From positions 248,001 through 312,000 of the forward strand of contig CAJNYD010000407.1 in NCBI GenBank assembly GCA_905331295.1: DNA of 64,000 nucleotides, in the 5' to 3' direction. This document shows, in pieces, positions 38,901 through 53,600 of this stretch. Both the position numbers and the translations under genes were made by a program. Numbering within the stretch: position 1 is the first letter of the stretch; each line of letters begins with the position of its first letter. The notes under the pieces are model-generated. The model was given only the letters and a program-made list of their open reading frames with translations, had not been told where the DNA came from and searched no databases. Source of the DNA: Rotaria socialis. Lineage: Eukaryota.

Positions 38901-41900
38901 GAGAATAGGTGAACCAAAATTTCTAGTACTCCTAGACTAATTAGATTTTTACTAATAGAGTAAAACATCGGATGCTTCTTTCTATAAGATTTGGAATATA
39001 CAAAAGACTAAAAATGATTTGAAGATCTCATTCGGTTCACAAGAAAAAAAGAGATAGATTTCTTCTTTTTTTCAAACTAAATGACACCAAAAACCGATTG
39101 TTTTTTGTGAATCTTTCTTTTAAAATATATTTTACACTTCGTTCGTGAGAATTACTATACTAAAAGTCCTATTGAGAGATTTCCTTTTCTTTCAACGACA
39201 TACTTTGTAACATATATCAAACATCGGCAAGATATAAATTTTAAGAAAATTTATATGAACACATATTTATTCAGTCGTAGTTGTCACATAGGGAGAAAGC
39301 TGCAATAATTTTAAGGTTCAGAATTTCATTTTGAGGAAAAACTCAAAAAGAAGTAAAAAATATACGTTTCTTCTACTGTTTAGCTTGTTTTTATCGAAAT
39401 GAATAAAAGAGATTATAAGAGAGGGAGAGCAAGGGCGGTAATTCCTTTAATATAAAAGAATAGACTTATGTTAAGTAATAGAATTTTAATTGATATTTTA
39501 GCTGAAGGCGAAAGATGCATTGAATAATAAACTTGAACAAGATCTTCGGGCGTCGAAAAAATCTCATGATGAACAATTAGAACAACATATTGAAACAACG
39601 ACAAATGATGTTGAACAATTAGATAAAGAAATTCGAGCATTAAAACGTCTATGTGAAGAAAAAAAAGATCAAGTATGACTTCTTTTTAATAGAGAGCAAG
39701 ATATTGGTGCTTATTATATTTATTTCGATACTTAAAAAAAAACCAATTACTTTCCCACGAGAGATTTTTGCGTAAAACTGAATATCAAATCAAAATAGTC
39801 AATTTATAATGAAATGCTTTTGGATAGAAACCTACTCTTATGAGTAGCTGTCTAATTCGAGTTCGAATATAAATGGAAAAAAAAGAAGTTAAGCTAAAAC
39901 TAAATCTAGGAAAAGATTTAGTTTTAGTTTAACTTTCCGATATATGCGACATATGAATACATATATACCCCCCATCCGCACCCATATTTGAGTACCTCTC
40001 GATGGTATCCATCAACCACATTTGAAGTGCCCCGAGTATACCCCCACCCCTTCCGGGTACCCCTCCTACCCACCCCTCACTCGCACCGCCACCCACAGTT
40101 ACTCCTTAGCCCCCCTCAGCCCACACCCACACCCACTCCATCTTAAACTAAATCTATTTCTATCACTTATTTTCGGATTGATACCATGCAGTTGGATGTT
40201 CGAATTCGACCTAGGCATCTCATGAGAGGATTACGAGTTTCCCAAATTTGATAATTTTTGTTTGTTCATTTTCTGTCTCGTAACTATTCAATGTTGTTTT
40301 TTTTTATTGAGATTCTTGAATATTTGCTGCCTAGAAAACTTTCTTATTTTAATGGTACTTTTTAGCTTCATAAACAATCCCTAGAGTTACGTGCGTGTCA
40401 AGAACATTTAGCTGTTGAAACAAGTAAAAATGCAACAAATGAACATGAACATCAAAAATTATCTAATATAATTCAATCGACAAAGGAACAAATCGAAAAA
40501 CTTGAACATCATCTAAAAGACTCTTCAGTGCAAAATCAACAACTCGAATATACAATAAATGAGTTAACTTCTCGAAATAATCTAGTTGAAACAAAACTAA
40601 TTGAAACCATGACATTAATTGATTTACGTAATAAAACACTAATGGATTATGAACAACAAATGGATAAAATTAAAATGGAACTAATACAAAAGCATCAAGA
40701 AATTCTTGATAAACAAGCTCATATTGAGAAATTAGAAGAAATCATTATTGAGAAATCCGCTGAAGTCTCACAACTATCTGAAACACTTGAAACTGGTCTT
40801 ATTAAAAGTCATCATCGAGAAAAATACGCCGAAGATAACGCATCAAAAGCACAACATGACATCAAAGTTTTACAGCGTGAAGTAAACACACAGAAGACCA
40901 AAACAAATTTCTTTCTAATAAGTCAACTTCTTACTTTTTTTCTCTCGTCTAAATAGCTTCGTCATGTATCGGAAGTACTAGTTCAACGTGAACATGCCAA
41001 TAGTGCACTTAATCAGCAAATTCAACAATTAACAAATGAATTGAAGGCAAAACAAGATGAATTTCAGCAAATACAAAAATCATTAAATAAACAGGTGATT
41101 ATTTGTGTTTTGTTTTGTAATAGTAACGAGAAAAATGACTTCTGCATTTCGGTTCTAGTTAGCAAGCAAACAAGAACAACTTGTACGTTATGATCAAAAT
41201 CTTCATGAAGTAGAAATAAAATCAAAATATGCTAAAGAAGAATGTTTAATACAAGAAAAAGAAATTACTCGTTTAAACAATGTTCAAGAAGAACAAGAAA
41301 ATCGTCTAAGATTATTACAACAAGATTTATTAAAACTCCAACAAGAGGTATTTATAATTGAACGTTCTTTGCTGATTATAAGCTTCTTTTGGTTTCATCT
41401 TTGTAAGAGAAGTCTAGTAGTCGATCATATACTTTAATTTTAAGATAGTTTGTAATACGAAAGTCTCAATAAGTACTTAACAGTTGGATAAGAGCTGTTG
41501 GATGGATGTACATAACTGTAGAAGGAAGTTCTCTGTTGTAATTACATTTCTTCTGCATAATTATTTTTTAAAAATGAAATTTTTAAATGCAGTAAAAAAG
41601 TACTGAAGAGAAATATTGAGTGAAAGAAAATTGAAGAGGGAGAACGCTTCTTGATTCCTTCCCCTGAATGTCTCTCGTCTATGATAGACATTTCAAAATA
41701 ACATTTTTAACTGAAGCTTAGTAAATACTCAGACGATTCTTAATGAATTTTACTGAAGTGCATCTGCTCACTGAATAAATAGTTGCGTGATGCATGATAT
41801 CACATGAGCCTTGAACATGAAATGTTTAAACTTGAATAAAGGAAACGATTGAAAAATAAAATAAAATCAATATTATATTATGTCATGACGCTGGTAATTA

Positions 41901-44900
41901 AGGTATTTAAGACACAAATTAAACTAGAATCGAGAAAAGAACAGTTGCAAATAAACACAAAACAATACATCAAGTGAAATGCTGAATGATGAAAAGAAAT
42001 AAAGAAAGGAACATTATATAAATAACCGATCAGATCAGAATGGCTCTTAAAAAAAAACCAGAGCACAAGCATCAATATCGATGAAGATAATCTCGTTATC
42101 GAATGCTTACCTGCTAGAATCTTTTGGTCAGCATAACTCAATTGTCTATCCTAAATTTCTATTGATTGTGATAAAAAATTCTAAGAAAATCAGAAATAAA
42201 TCATTAATCTTCATTTTCTACCAGATGAATTTTTACTAACATTACTGTCGAATTTTTTCCTATTCTAAAAATTAGTAAATTATATTCTTCATTAAATAAT
42301 AGTAATATTTTCATGAAGATAAATTTTAGAAATATTATTTGTTCTTTGAATTATAATTCGTCTAAAACAAAGCATCTTTATTTTTACAGAAAGAATCTAT
42401 CAATGTTCAATATGAACGTTCCGAAGGTGATTTGCATAATATAAGAATTCTTCGTGAAGATGAAGGTCGTAAATATCGTCATGAAATTGAAAAATTAAAT
42501 AGTGAAATATCTGCATTAAAACTAAGTGAAACTGGTTGCCTAAAAAATATCGATGAATTTAAAGAAAATCTTTTCAATATCACAAGTGAACGCAATGATT
42601 TACGAGAACAAAATGAAACTTATCAAAATGAAATCGAAAATATACAAAAAATGTTATATGATGAAACTGAATCAGCTTCAAAATCTTCAACAAAAATCGT
42701 TTTGTTAACGCGTCAACTAGATGAAGAACAAAAACGTGCTACTGACGCTGTGCATCAATTAGATGACTTACGTATGCAATTAAAAAGTTCATTAATGACT
42801 ATTGATACCCTGAAAAGTGAACTAAGTCAAACACGTTTACACGCACAAGAACAAGCTATTAAAGTAAATAATCATTGTTTTCATGAGAAAATCAATCTTT
42901 TACTTTTTTTTTTGTTTCTGTAGGAAGTAGATTTCAAACAAAATTTAAATCGAACAAATTCAATGTTAGAAGAAACAAATAAATCACTTGATGATCGACT
43001 ACGCGAAATTGAAACACTCAATCATCTCATATCCCGTTTACAACTTGATTATGAAAAATCGAAAAATGATTTATCAATAGCACATGATCATATGGTTCAA
43101 CTTGAAATCGGAAATCAAACATTCAAACAACATTTAACAGAGAAAACAACTGAAGTAACGAATACACCTTTTTTTATTATATTTTTCTATTTTAATTTAC
43201 TTGATTTTAGTTGTCCGCAATTACAAATCGACTTCATCAAGTTCAACAAGACTTTCATTCGTATGAAAAAGAACATCGATATTCAAATGAAGAATATTTT
43301 GAACGTGAACAACGTATGAAAACAATTGAAAATGAATTATTAACGAAGTCTAGTAATTATGAAAAACTTCAACGTGAACATTCCGCATTAAATGAAGATT
43401 TAACTAAATGTCGCATTGATCTAGAACAAAGTCAAAAATCTGATATTTCACATAAGGAACAAGTAAGATAAAATTACGATTTATTATTGCCTATTCACAC
43501 GAAATTTTTGGATACTCACCTATCAAAAATAAAACTCGGCATCTTTAGTGTAGATAAACCAAGTTAATTGGTGTGTTTTCTGTCAATAGAAGACTTGCAA
43601 ATTTTTATTAGTAAATAATTTCGAAAAGTATGACGTTTATATTCAATCATAAAGCAATCTCTCTTTTTGTTTAAATTTTAAAATATAAGAGAAAAGTTGT
43701 TCTGTGACAATGTTTCATTTCTTCTTTTATCGTTCATCTGAACTTTCATCACTGAGATATTCTTCTCAACTTTTATGACTTGGAAAATCTCTAGAAATCG
43801 TGCTATTTTTACTTTAAGACTTTCAATTAAAGTTCTTGATCAGCAAAGAGCACTCGGGTAGTTGTACATTTTCCATAGGTCTAATATAAATACTCTAATT
43901 TAAGGGATAGACATGGAGATAGCAGAAAGTCCAGATTTAAAACGGTAAAATCTTCAAATGATTCAGCAAGACAATATTGAATCTGATTCTATAAAACTGC
44001 AACGACCGCTTATTTTCTACGCTTGAAAACTAAAATTTATAGTTTTGAAACTTGCAATCTGTAGTATTTTCATTAAATAGGGCACATCATTTAGTTTCAC
44101 TGAAATAGAGACTTTTAGGTTTCGTTTCGAATAATAACTTAGATAACATTCTTTATATATTGTTGTTCAACTTGAGAACTATATGTACCACCTTGGATTT
44201 GTTTAGGTGAATTTTGAATCTCGGATTTTAGGCGAACAATGTTTGATTGAACGATGATACTTGAGTTAATTTCTTAGATTAATGTCGTGATTCGATTCTT
44301 ATTTGATACAATTGAAGAGAGTAAATAGAATTTAAACAAATATAATGATGAGTGATTGAATTCAGTAAAAATTCCAATATTTACTATATGTAAACTTTCT
44401 ATTAATTCTTCATAAACCTAGGCAGAACTTTCTGAATTGTAAATTGATTAAACTTGCGTTGCTATCTCTCGATCTATGAATAATAAGAGACTGATTCAAT
44501 ATTACGTAAAATCTCCATATTGAATATTAAAAAAAAATATATATATATTTAGTTAGTACAATCAACAGATGAAGCACAAATTTGTAAACATAAATTAGGT
44601 TTACTTGGGAATTGCTTCAAGACAATTGTTCGAAAGGTAAATTCAATTGAAGATTATCTTATTGAAAATTGCTGGCCATTGCTAACTTTCAATTTCGATA
44701 GGCATCTGAAACCAGTGAACGATGGGCTAATATTACTTCGAAACTTCATGAACAAGTAACTGATTTAAGTGAAGATGCAAATAAACTTCGTTCACTCGAC
44801 GAACGTTTTGAACAATCAACAAAAATGTTAACACTTTTACGAAGTCAACATGAAGATTTAATTTTACAATTTATGACTGTTAAACCAGCACTAGAAAAAG

Positions 44901-47900
44901 CTCATTTATATGTTCGAGAATATAAACGTAAATGGTCACAAACAAGTGATGAAAATCGTCACTTACGTATGGAAACAAAACGTTTACGAGCTAAAATTGA
45001 TGATTTCCATCGAGCTGAAGGTATAATGCATACAAAAATTGATGAACAAGAAATGAGTTTAGTACAATTACGTAAAGAGCTCAAGTAAATTTTCTTATTA
45101 CTCTGTTTTATTTTATCTCTCATTGAGTATTCTTCTTTTAGTAATGAAGTACAAAATCTATCCGAATCTCAAGCAGTTATTGAACGTTTAAAACATTCCT
45201 TAAATGATACAACAAATGAACGAGATGAATTGATTAAAAATGTGGCGAATATTAATAAAAAAGTATTTATTGAATTGATCATGAAAGTTATTTTTGTCTA
45301 CACGTGCATGCACATACCTTCGTTTTGTTACTTTAGATTGAAAAACTTGACAATGACATTGATGGATATACGGATGAAAATCGTTTATTACATCAAGCAA
45401 CACAAAAACTAGAAAAACAATTAGCAAATGCACATGCACATATTGAATCATTACAAAGAACATATCAACAAAACGAATTGTCATATCAAGAAAAAGTAAA
45501 ACTTTCATTTTCACTAATTAAACAAGAGAAAATAAAATGTATTGTTTTAGATCAATGAATGTGAATCATTAATAATATCATTAAAGGATGCTAATCGAGA
45601 TGCCTTGTCTGTATTAGAACAGAAAAAGTCTGAATTAAATATGGCACAGACAGACATACAATCATTAAAATATGAACAATCGATAACAACGTCAAAGGTT
45701 AGATTTGATCATTAACTAACTCGTTCATATTATTTCATAGTGTAAACTATATTTCTTCGAGAAAATCAGCACATTTCTCTTTGCTTCTCTACACAAAAAA
45801 AAAATAGTAGATATCTTTGCTGTGCGGAAAATTTAAAAATATTCTCTCTTTGTGAAATTAATCAAGCCTATCAATCAGAAAATGTAGTTATTTTGATTCC
45901 GCAGAAACTTTTAAAATCATCAACACATAAGACAACCTCGAGTATTTTATTCTGCTCCTAAGAATATTACAAATTTTACTATCATCATCGATACTATTTC
46001 TATAAATCTTTCTTTTTTTTGATGAAAAAACTTTGTCTCCTCTTTCTACGCAAGGCTACTTCACGCAAACCACCTACATTATATTTCAAAAGAAAAAGCC
46101 TAATATTTTTTATTAATACATTACTCACCATTGCATTTCTTCAGAGAAATATCTGTTCTATTGAAGCTTTTTGTTTAAAAATAAATGTAATTCATCTTGA
46201 AATATATACGTTGAAAGAGTATATATTTGTCGATAAGATACATGTTCGAATAATGTATTAATGTAAAAACAAATGATAGAACAACTCATTTTCTATCGTT
46301 TTCTAATTGAACTTTCTATCTAATTTTCTACGATTGATATTTAATAACTATATTTAGTAATTTCTAATTAAATTATTCGTGTAGTTAACTGTTTATGAAT
46401 ACGAAAGAATGTAAAAAAGAGGAACACTCTGGCCTTGACCATAACAATTATATTGATTTTTCCATACTATATAACTGAGCTTTTTAATTCTTTCAAATTC
46501 TGATTGGCTTGAATTCTAGAATGAGCGGAAAAATAATTTCAAAGATAAACTCAGAAATATTCATATATAGAAATAAAAAGTATCAAATGAAAGACAATAC
46601 AATAAAAATTTTCTAATTGCTAACATTCTCTGACTCAATGAAAGACATTCAACTCGCATGACGTTTTCAGTAGTCCAGACTATGTAGTTATATACTGTAG
46701 AATTTCGATGAAGGACAGTTACGTCTTTTTAATACAGCAAAAGTCGTATCGTAAGATTCTTGAAAGACATTGCTGTTATCGAGGATATTACTAGAGTTAT
46801 TAATCTAAATAAACATACATAAAGCTGGTTAAGTACAAGAAAGCTAGTTCTAATATTTTCATTTGATTTTCTGATTCGAAATTGCATTGTTTTTATGGAA
46901 ATTGGATATCAATTTTCAACAACATTTATCTTTGCTAATGGTGTATATTTTCGAAGTATTCTAAATGTATATTCGTAAGCTTAGGTATTATTTTATTTTA
47001 AAAATAAATAAATCTTTTTTACTGTTAATTATTTTCGTACGAAAATCGTACAAAAATCATCTATGGCCAGATTGAGTTTTTTGTTTTGTTTTCAAGATTT
47101 TATTATTTCATTATTCAATCACAAAATGTAATTAACGGATAATTTTTTTATACTGTTAGTTTAAATAAAAGTGTTTGAAATGTCGTATAGATATGATTGA
47201 TGAAAAGTCATTGAAGCTAATTTTTATTTACAGTTGACTATTTCATGATGTACATTACATATTTCTCATTTTAATTTTTTCAAATATATGTTTTGTTTAG
47301 TTTGAAAATGCCGAAGAATTAAATCAAGAATTAAAACGGCATATATCTGTTATTGAACGATCGAATGATGAACATAAACGAGTACTACGAAAACGTGACA
47401 AAGAGCTTGAACAAGTTAAAAATGATTTTGAACAAAATTTGAAAAATGCTACAATACTGAATAATAAAGTATTTATTTGATTTCGATTCACTATCTGTTT
47501 TTAATATTAAATTGCAAAATAATATTGTTTTTCTATTTCTGTCCTCAGTGTACAAAACAAGAAGCAGAATTGAATATTCTTCACCTTGAAAATTCGTCAT
47601 TGAGTGAAGAATTAAAATTAATGCGAGAAAATGTTAATCGCTGTGAAGACGAACAACGACGTTTAAGAAAAGATTGCGATCAAGCATTAAATTTTATTCA
47701 TGATGGCATTCCAGAATTGTGGTAAAATATATCACAAATAAATAAAATAAAAATCAGTGTTTATTTTAATTTTGTGGGTGTTGTTATGTGCTCTGTTTTA
47801 ATTAGTTTCTTTCCTAGTCATTTAACCATTAACTTACACATTTGTGTGTATTTTAGAATGCATTTACATCAGATATAATTGTTTTCATAGAATTTTTATT

Positions 47901-48615
47901 TTTTTGTTTTTGTTGTTTTCCTTTAGTTGAAAAATTCATTCACATGTGTTGTGTTTTTGTTAACATAAATTCGCTTCTAGTAACTTAATAGAATATTTGT
48001 GTTCTATGCACTACCGATCACATAGTAAATAAATGTAGCAATAGCTGATTAGCTATTTAAAATTTCGTAGTTTTAATGAAAAATTTTTTATTTATCTAGT
48101 TTGGACGAAGGAATTCATGACCATAATCGAAATGGAGCATTACAAGAACATTTAAAGAAAATTCCATCGTTAATGCAACAATTAACAGGCGATAGAGAAA
48201 ATTTAAAAACGAAAAATCAGCTTTTACTACAATTTGTTCATGGACTTAGTTATGATCTAAACGATTGTCAAAGTGGTCAAAAAAAATACAAAGTAGATCT
48301 TTGTTTGAAATATTATCAAGTTTTATCTGACTTGCAAATATTACGTTTTCTTTTTCTTAATTCTATTTTAAATAGTTACTCAAAGCCCATTCCAAACAAC
48401 AACAATTATTATTAAATCAATTAGAATCTCATGTTCGCTTTTACGAGTAGGCTTGATTTCATAATTTTTACTTTTTGTTTACAATTTTTTCGTTTGTTAT
48501 TTTTAGATCTGTTTTCAAAGAAAAAGGGTTCTTTCCGACAATTGAATACGCATCAGGATCAACTGTAGCCTCAGCACCTGACGTTATCGACAGTAATAAT
48601 AACCGGAGAAGTTAG
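35920..48615 (+). CDS. Very long coiled-coil protein (more than 20 exons; centrosomal/cytoskeletal type)
   Basis: Consecutive GT-AG-bounded exons encode uninterrupted heptad-rich E/K/Q/L sequence (e.g. ~36870-37020, 37751-38037, 38350-38604, 40367-40881, 42390-42863, 44702-45084, 47570-47721, 48100-48292). The last exon ends ..IDSNNNRRS* at 48615. No globular domain was recognised, and it could be two genes. Confidence 0.75.
39835..40228. mobile_element. Degenerate TIR element containing a C-rich (ACCCC-type) core, intronic
   Basis: Imperfect inverted ends CTCTTATGAG..TCTAATTCGAGTTCGAATA / TGTTCGAATTCGACCTAG..CTCATGAGAG. The core at ~39968-40140 is strongly C-skewed. Confidence 0.45.
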
Positions 48616-49158
48616 ATTTAGATTGTTGTACAAAAACAATTATACATTGTCCACGTAGATTTTATTTGTTTTTTTCTCTTTTCGGGTTCTTTAACTATCA
48701 CTGCCTTACTTTTTATTGGACAACGTTTGTTTTTCCTGTCCGTTGATTTCTCTGTCCGATTAGAACAAAGCAAAACACGAAAACTGTAGCACTCTAGGAA
48801 TAATTTCCTTCTATCTGGGTCAGTAGATAAAAGCAGTGTTTGTTTTTAAAATACCATTGTCTATTGTGCATAAATTTTTGTGAATTTTTTTTTGTACCAA
48901 AATGTATTTGTGAGAAACCCAGGGAAATTAGAAGTAGAAAAGTGAATAAAATCAAATTATACCTCGGATGATTTCTATTTTAATTTATTATCAATTCGCT
49001 GCTACTACAAGACTATCGTCTTGATAGTGTTTATAAACAAAAGAGAGAGAGAGAGCGAAAAAAAATTACAGAAACAAACAGCGAATATGAAAGATTGAAG
49101 AATATCCATAAAAACAAAAGAGAACAGTAAAAATAACTATCAGCGAACGATAAGACGG

Positions 49159-50594
49159 ATGATGGTACTATTAAATAATTGTATCACGATACTTATTTCT
49201 CTAATCATATTAATAAACTCAGGTCACTAGAATTCAAATTTAATGAATCATTTATCTTTTGAAAATGATCATTATTATAGAAGCAAATTCTATGTGCTTA
49301 CCAGATCGAACTAATGGATCGTGTGAATGGAAATTATTTGGTTGGAATCCGTATCGTGGATGTGGATATAATCAACAGATGAGTTCATGTAAGTCAAATA
49401 AATCTATTTCAGTAGATTTTATTTCTAGATATTTTTTTCATCAGATTTATGTATTATGAAAAATCTTGATGGATCAAAATCTACATTTCTTTCAAAACTA
49501 AATATATCAACGAATCATCAATACTGTTTAGAATTCAAATATCTTACCACTGGATCAATTACAGATGGTGAAGAAAAGTTAAAACATAATTCGATTGCAT
49601 AGTATATTTTTCTTTTAGCTTGTATGAATTTTTATGGGAAAAATTCTTTGAATATTAAAAATCAATCTAGATTATTTTCTAGTTTTTGCTTTCCAAAGCA
49701 ACAGCTCGAATTATTCTGGTATTCCTTAACTGTTCAACTGCCAGAAAATTTAACTATGGTAAACTAATAAAATCTAATACAAAACAAAGAGAATGCAATT
49801 CATGTAGGCTTGTAAACGAAGATTTCCTCTATTTCATAGTACATATAAATTATCAGACTCTCCTTCATATCATCATAGACAGCTGCATTGAAAACGTTTT
49901 CAATTGAACACGTTAATGAAGACTCTCATTTATCAAAATCTAAATTGTCAAGGATTAAATCATAACCAAAGCTAATAATGTGAATATACTATTCGACAGT
50001 CCATACTGTCGACAAAAGTATTCTATCGATTAATAATGCAAGCCTACGTGGATAAGATTCTTTAACCAAAAACTAGATTCGTTTAATACTCGTTTGTATT
50101 TTATTTAAAAAAATATATAGATCAATGTTGTCACCGACACGAATGGCATTGCTAGTAATCATTCATTAATCATTAAAGATTTATCTATTCAACAATGTCA
50201 TCGAAGTAAATTCTAGCTAAATCTATTTCTGTATGCATTTATTCGATTGTTAAGCTTTCTTTCTATGATAGTAACGACGTTGCAAATCAGTTCACCGATG
50301 AATACAACCATTTTATCTTCACAATTGAATAGAAAAAAAACTTTCTGGATTCAATATCGTTGGATACTAATCATTGGTACTCTAGTAGTCTTGTTCACAT
50401 CACTTATCATTATTATTACCATCAATCTCTACGTCTCTGATCGAATATTTCATCAAGAACCAACAATAACTGAACGAATACAAATTACATCTATGAATCT
50501 TTCTCAACATTTTTATGAGGAACCCGTATCAATTATTTTAACTCCTCCAATAGATATAAGTGTGTATGATCATGTGCGAGATAATTATGTATAA
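49159..50594 (+). CDS. Type I membrane protein with a MAM-like ectodomain and Tyr-motif cytoplasmic tail
   Basis: Signal-like MMVLLNNCITILISLIILINS; ectodomain exons with C..W..GW, HQYCLEFKYLT, WYSLTVQL and LIIKDLSIQQC (MAM-like pattern); TM WILIIGTLVVLFTSLIIIITINLYV; tail HFYEEPV..SVYDHVRDNYV*. Confidence 0.6.
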
Positions 50595-50698
50595 AAAAAC
50601 AAAATCTTAATAAAATACATGAAGTATTTTTCTTTTTGAAATGTTAGCGCGTTGATATTCGTTTTTCTTTCAAAACAAAGAAATCCTCTTTCGTTACG

Positions 50699-53600
50699 AT
50701 GTCGTCAATAATAACTGATGGTGATAATCATCAAAAACAAGATAAATATGAATCTATTTTTAAACATTATGGTTTCCAAATGCGAGCACCACATCTCGAT
50801 CATCAAAATGAGAAAAATAATATTGAGATAAATACTGATTTAAATAAATATAAAAGAATATTACATGAAATTAAAACAAAATTCTTGCAAAGAAATGAGA
50901 GTAACAAAAAAGAGAAAAAATCAAGAACTATGGCCAGTAAAACACAGCAAGCAATAAGTAAAAGATCGTCAATAAAATCTAACCGAAAGAAAGACTCGGA
51001 GAAAGAAGTTCGTTTGAAAAAAATCAAAAAATCTATTGAACAAATTGACATACTTTTTCATCTAGGGCGCAAAACAAAATCGAGAGAGTGTTATAAAAAT
51101 TACACTTCCTGATGAAGCTAAAGCTCGTAAAACTACATATAGGTATGTGACAATCAAAGTGTTACCAAACTTTATTTTGATTCAATGATAGTAAACAACA
51201 ACAAAAAACAAATGAAAATCAACGGATCTCAGATACAAATTCATCACTGCCAATCACATTGTCAAATTCTCCGTCTATTACTACCATGAAAACAGCACAA
51301 AAATTACCAATAGTCAATTCCAAAAGTAATCAATCAATATCAGATATACAATCGAATAGGATTTCTACAGAGCCACAAAGTACTAATCAAATTATTTCAT
51401 CAACACTTTCGTTTCATCAGACACAGTCTGGTGAATCCAATGCGAAAATCAATGCACAGAAAAATAAGCAGGATCTAAGCTCAACAATAAATAATTTTGA
51501 ATCAACGTGGGATATAGATGAAATCAACAAATTTACACGAGATATTTTCAAACGTATGAGTAACAACATAGTTCACTTGATATTATCAATATTTTTTGCT
51601 TTTCAGGTAGTAGCACTAAACCTATCATTCGTTCACATCGAATTCGATTGAAATGGTATGCGTATATGAAAATATAACCTATACAGAACTTCACATTATT
51701 GAGATAGAAATTCGGACTTTTGCATAGATATTATTACTATACGATCGATGACTGTATATCAATAAAGAATTTCTCTCTCATATGAGAATCGCCCACTTGT
51801 TGTACTCCTGCAGGTTAAAGTAATTGGATACTGAAGAAATCTGTTTAAACGTTTTAAAAAAAGTATCTTCCTGTGATTGAAAACAGTAGCAGTTTCATGT
51901 TCGACATTTTAATCACCAGAAGATTACAATCGCATATTTTCTTCAATCACAGATTTTGATTAAATCTCTTATCATTTACAGTGCTGAAGATTCGGATGAT
52001 TATTTATCGAAATATAGTCAACGTCGAACTCATTGCTTGGATCTTTTTGAAGAATATGTTAATGGACTTAAACGACCATTCGGCATTATTCGAGACGCAG
52101 CTTCTGATCCACCTGTATTTGATCCGGGTCTTACTGTAAGTTAGAATTAGACAATGTCATCAAATAATTGAAAACATCTTTTATCAGATAATGGGTCCGC
52201 GTGTTAAAAAAAATGCATCTGTTATCGATAAAGAAGAATTTCAAGTCATAAAACGGATTAACAGTATAGAACCAAGAAAAAAATATGCATTAGTTCATGA
52301 ACAAATAGGAATTTTCGTCATTGGTAGATCAATTTACTTGTTTTCCTTTTTAACTTTGATTTATCATTGTGTTTTATTATATATTAATGTAGGCGGATAC
52401 AATTTATTTGTCAATATTCCTGAACAACAAGAACCAGATAAAGATTATTTATTCAAATCTGATGGAAGCATTGTGCGCATTTCACGATTAAGTCCATGCC
52501 GAATTCATTTTGGTGAATGATTCAGTAAAATTCGACTAGAACTATTTAACCTGAAAACGTTTTCTTTTTCAATATTTCAGGAGTATACACAAATGGTGAT
52601 GCAATCTATGTTGCTGGTGGCCAAAAAATAAATAATGAGTAAGTCTTCTATAGTCAGTAATAGACAACTGGTAAGAGCCACCAATGCTAGTGCTAGCTAT
52701 GTTTGATAAAAACGTTTAATACAAAGTGAAATAGTTATTTTGATTTTATTCTGGAATACTCAATTCAATATAGAATGAATAATTTATCTTGTATTTTAAA
52801 ACGAAAAGTAATCTTAGCAAGAATCTGCTATGAAAGATAAAAACAGAGTCAAACGCAAATTTTACTGAAATAATATTCTGTAAATTGCTTAATCTCATAT
52901 TATTAGGTAACTCTGTAAAAATATGTTGAAATGATGAAAATTTTTGAATTGAAATCTAACGAATTCTCGTTCTAATTGGACGTTCTTGATTTTTATGCAT
53001 CTTCTTTATTGTCATACTAGGTTGCTTGATGATATTCAACGTTTGAATTTACGAACATTGAAATGGGAATATGTTGCGACACTATTAAATCCAATTGCTG
53101 CTAGGTTATATTCGATCTGTCTTAATTCTAAGCCATGTTTTTCTTCCAACGTTTAGTGCCACGACAGTTGACGAACAACGAATATACATTGCGTGAGTTG
53201 TGTTACTTATCAAAAGTTTCAAACAGAATCATTTTTAGAGGTGGCTATGATATTTTTAAGAATCAAACATTTTTCGAATCTACTTTAACTATCTATAATA
53301 TGACAACAGGACAGTATGATTCAATAGCTATTTTCATATTCGAATAAATCCATATATATATATATATGTGTGTGTGTGTGAATTTAGATTTGAAAATGGA
53401 AACGATTTACCATCACCACGCTGTCGTAGTCTAGTCTTTGTAGTTGATAATGCTTTGTTTTGTGTATCAGGTTTAATCGAACGTCGTGATCATAATGGTA
53501 ATAAGAAAATCAAAATTTCAACTGTAAATACCTGTTTGAATTATGAATTCAACAATTCTTTGTATAATTATATTCTAAAGGATATTCTAAAATGGACACA

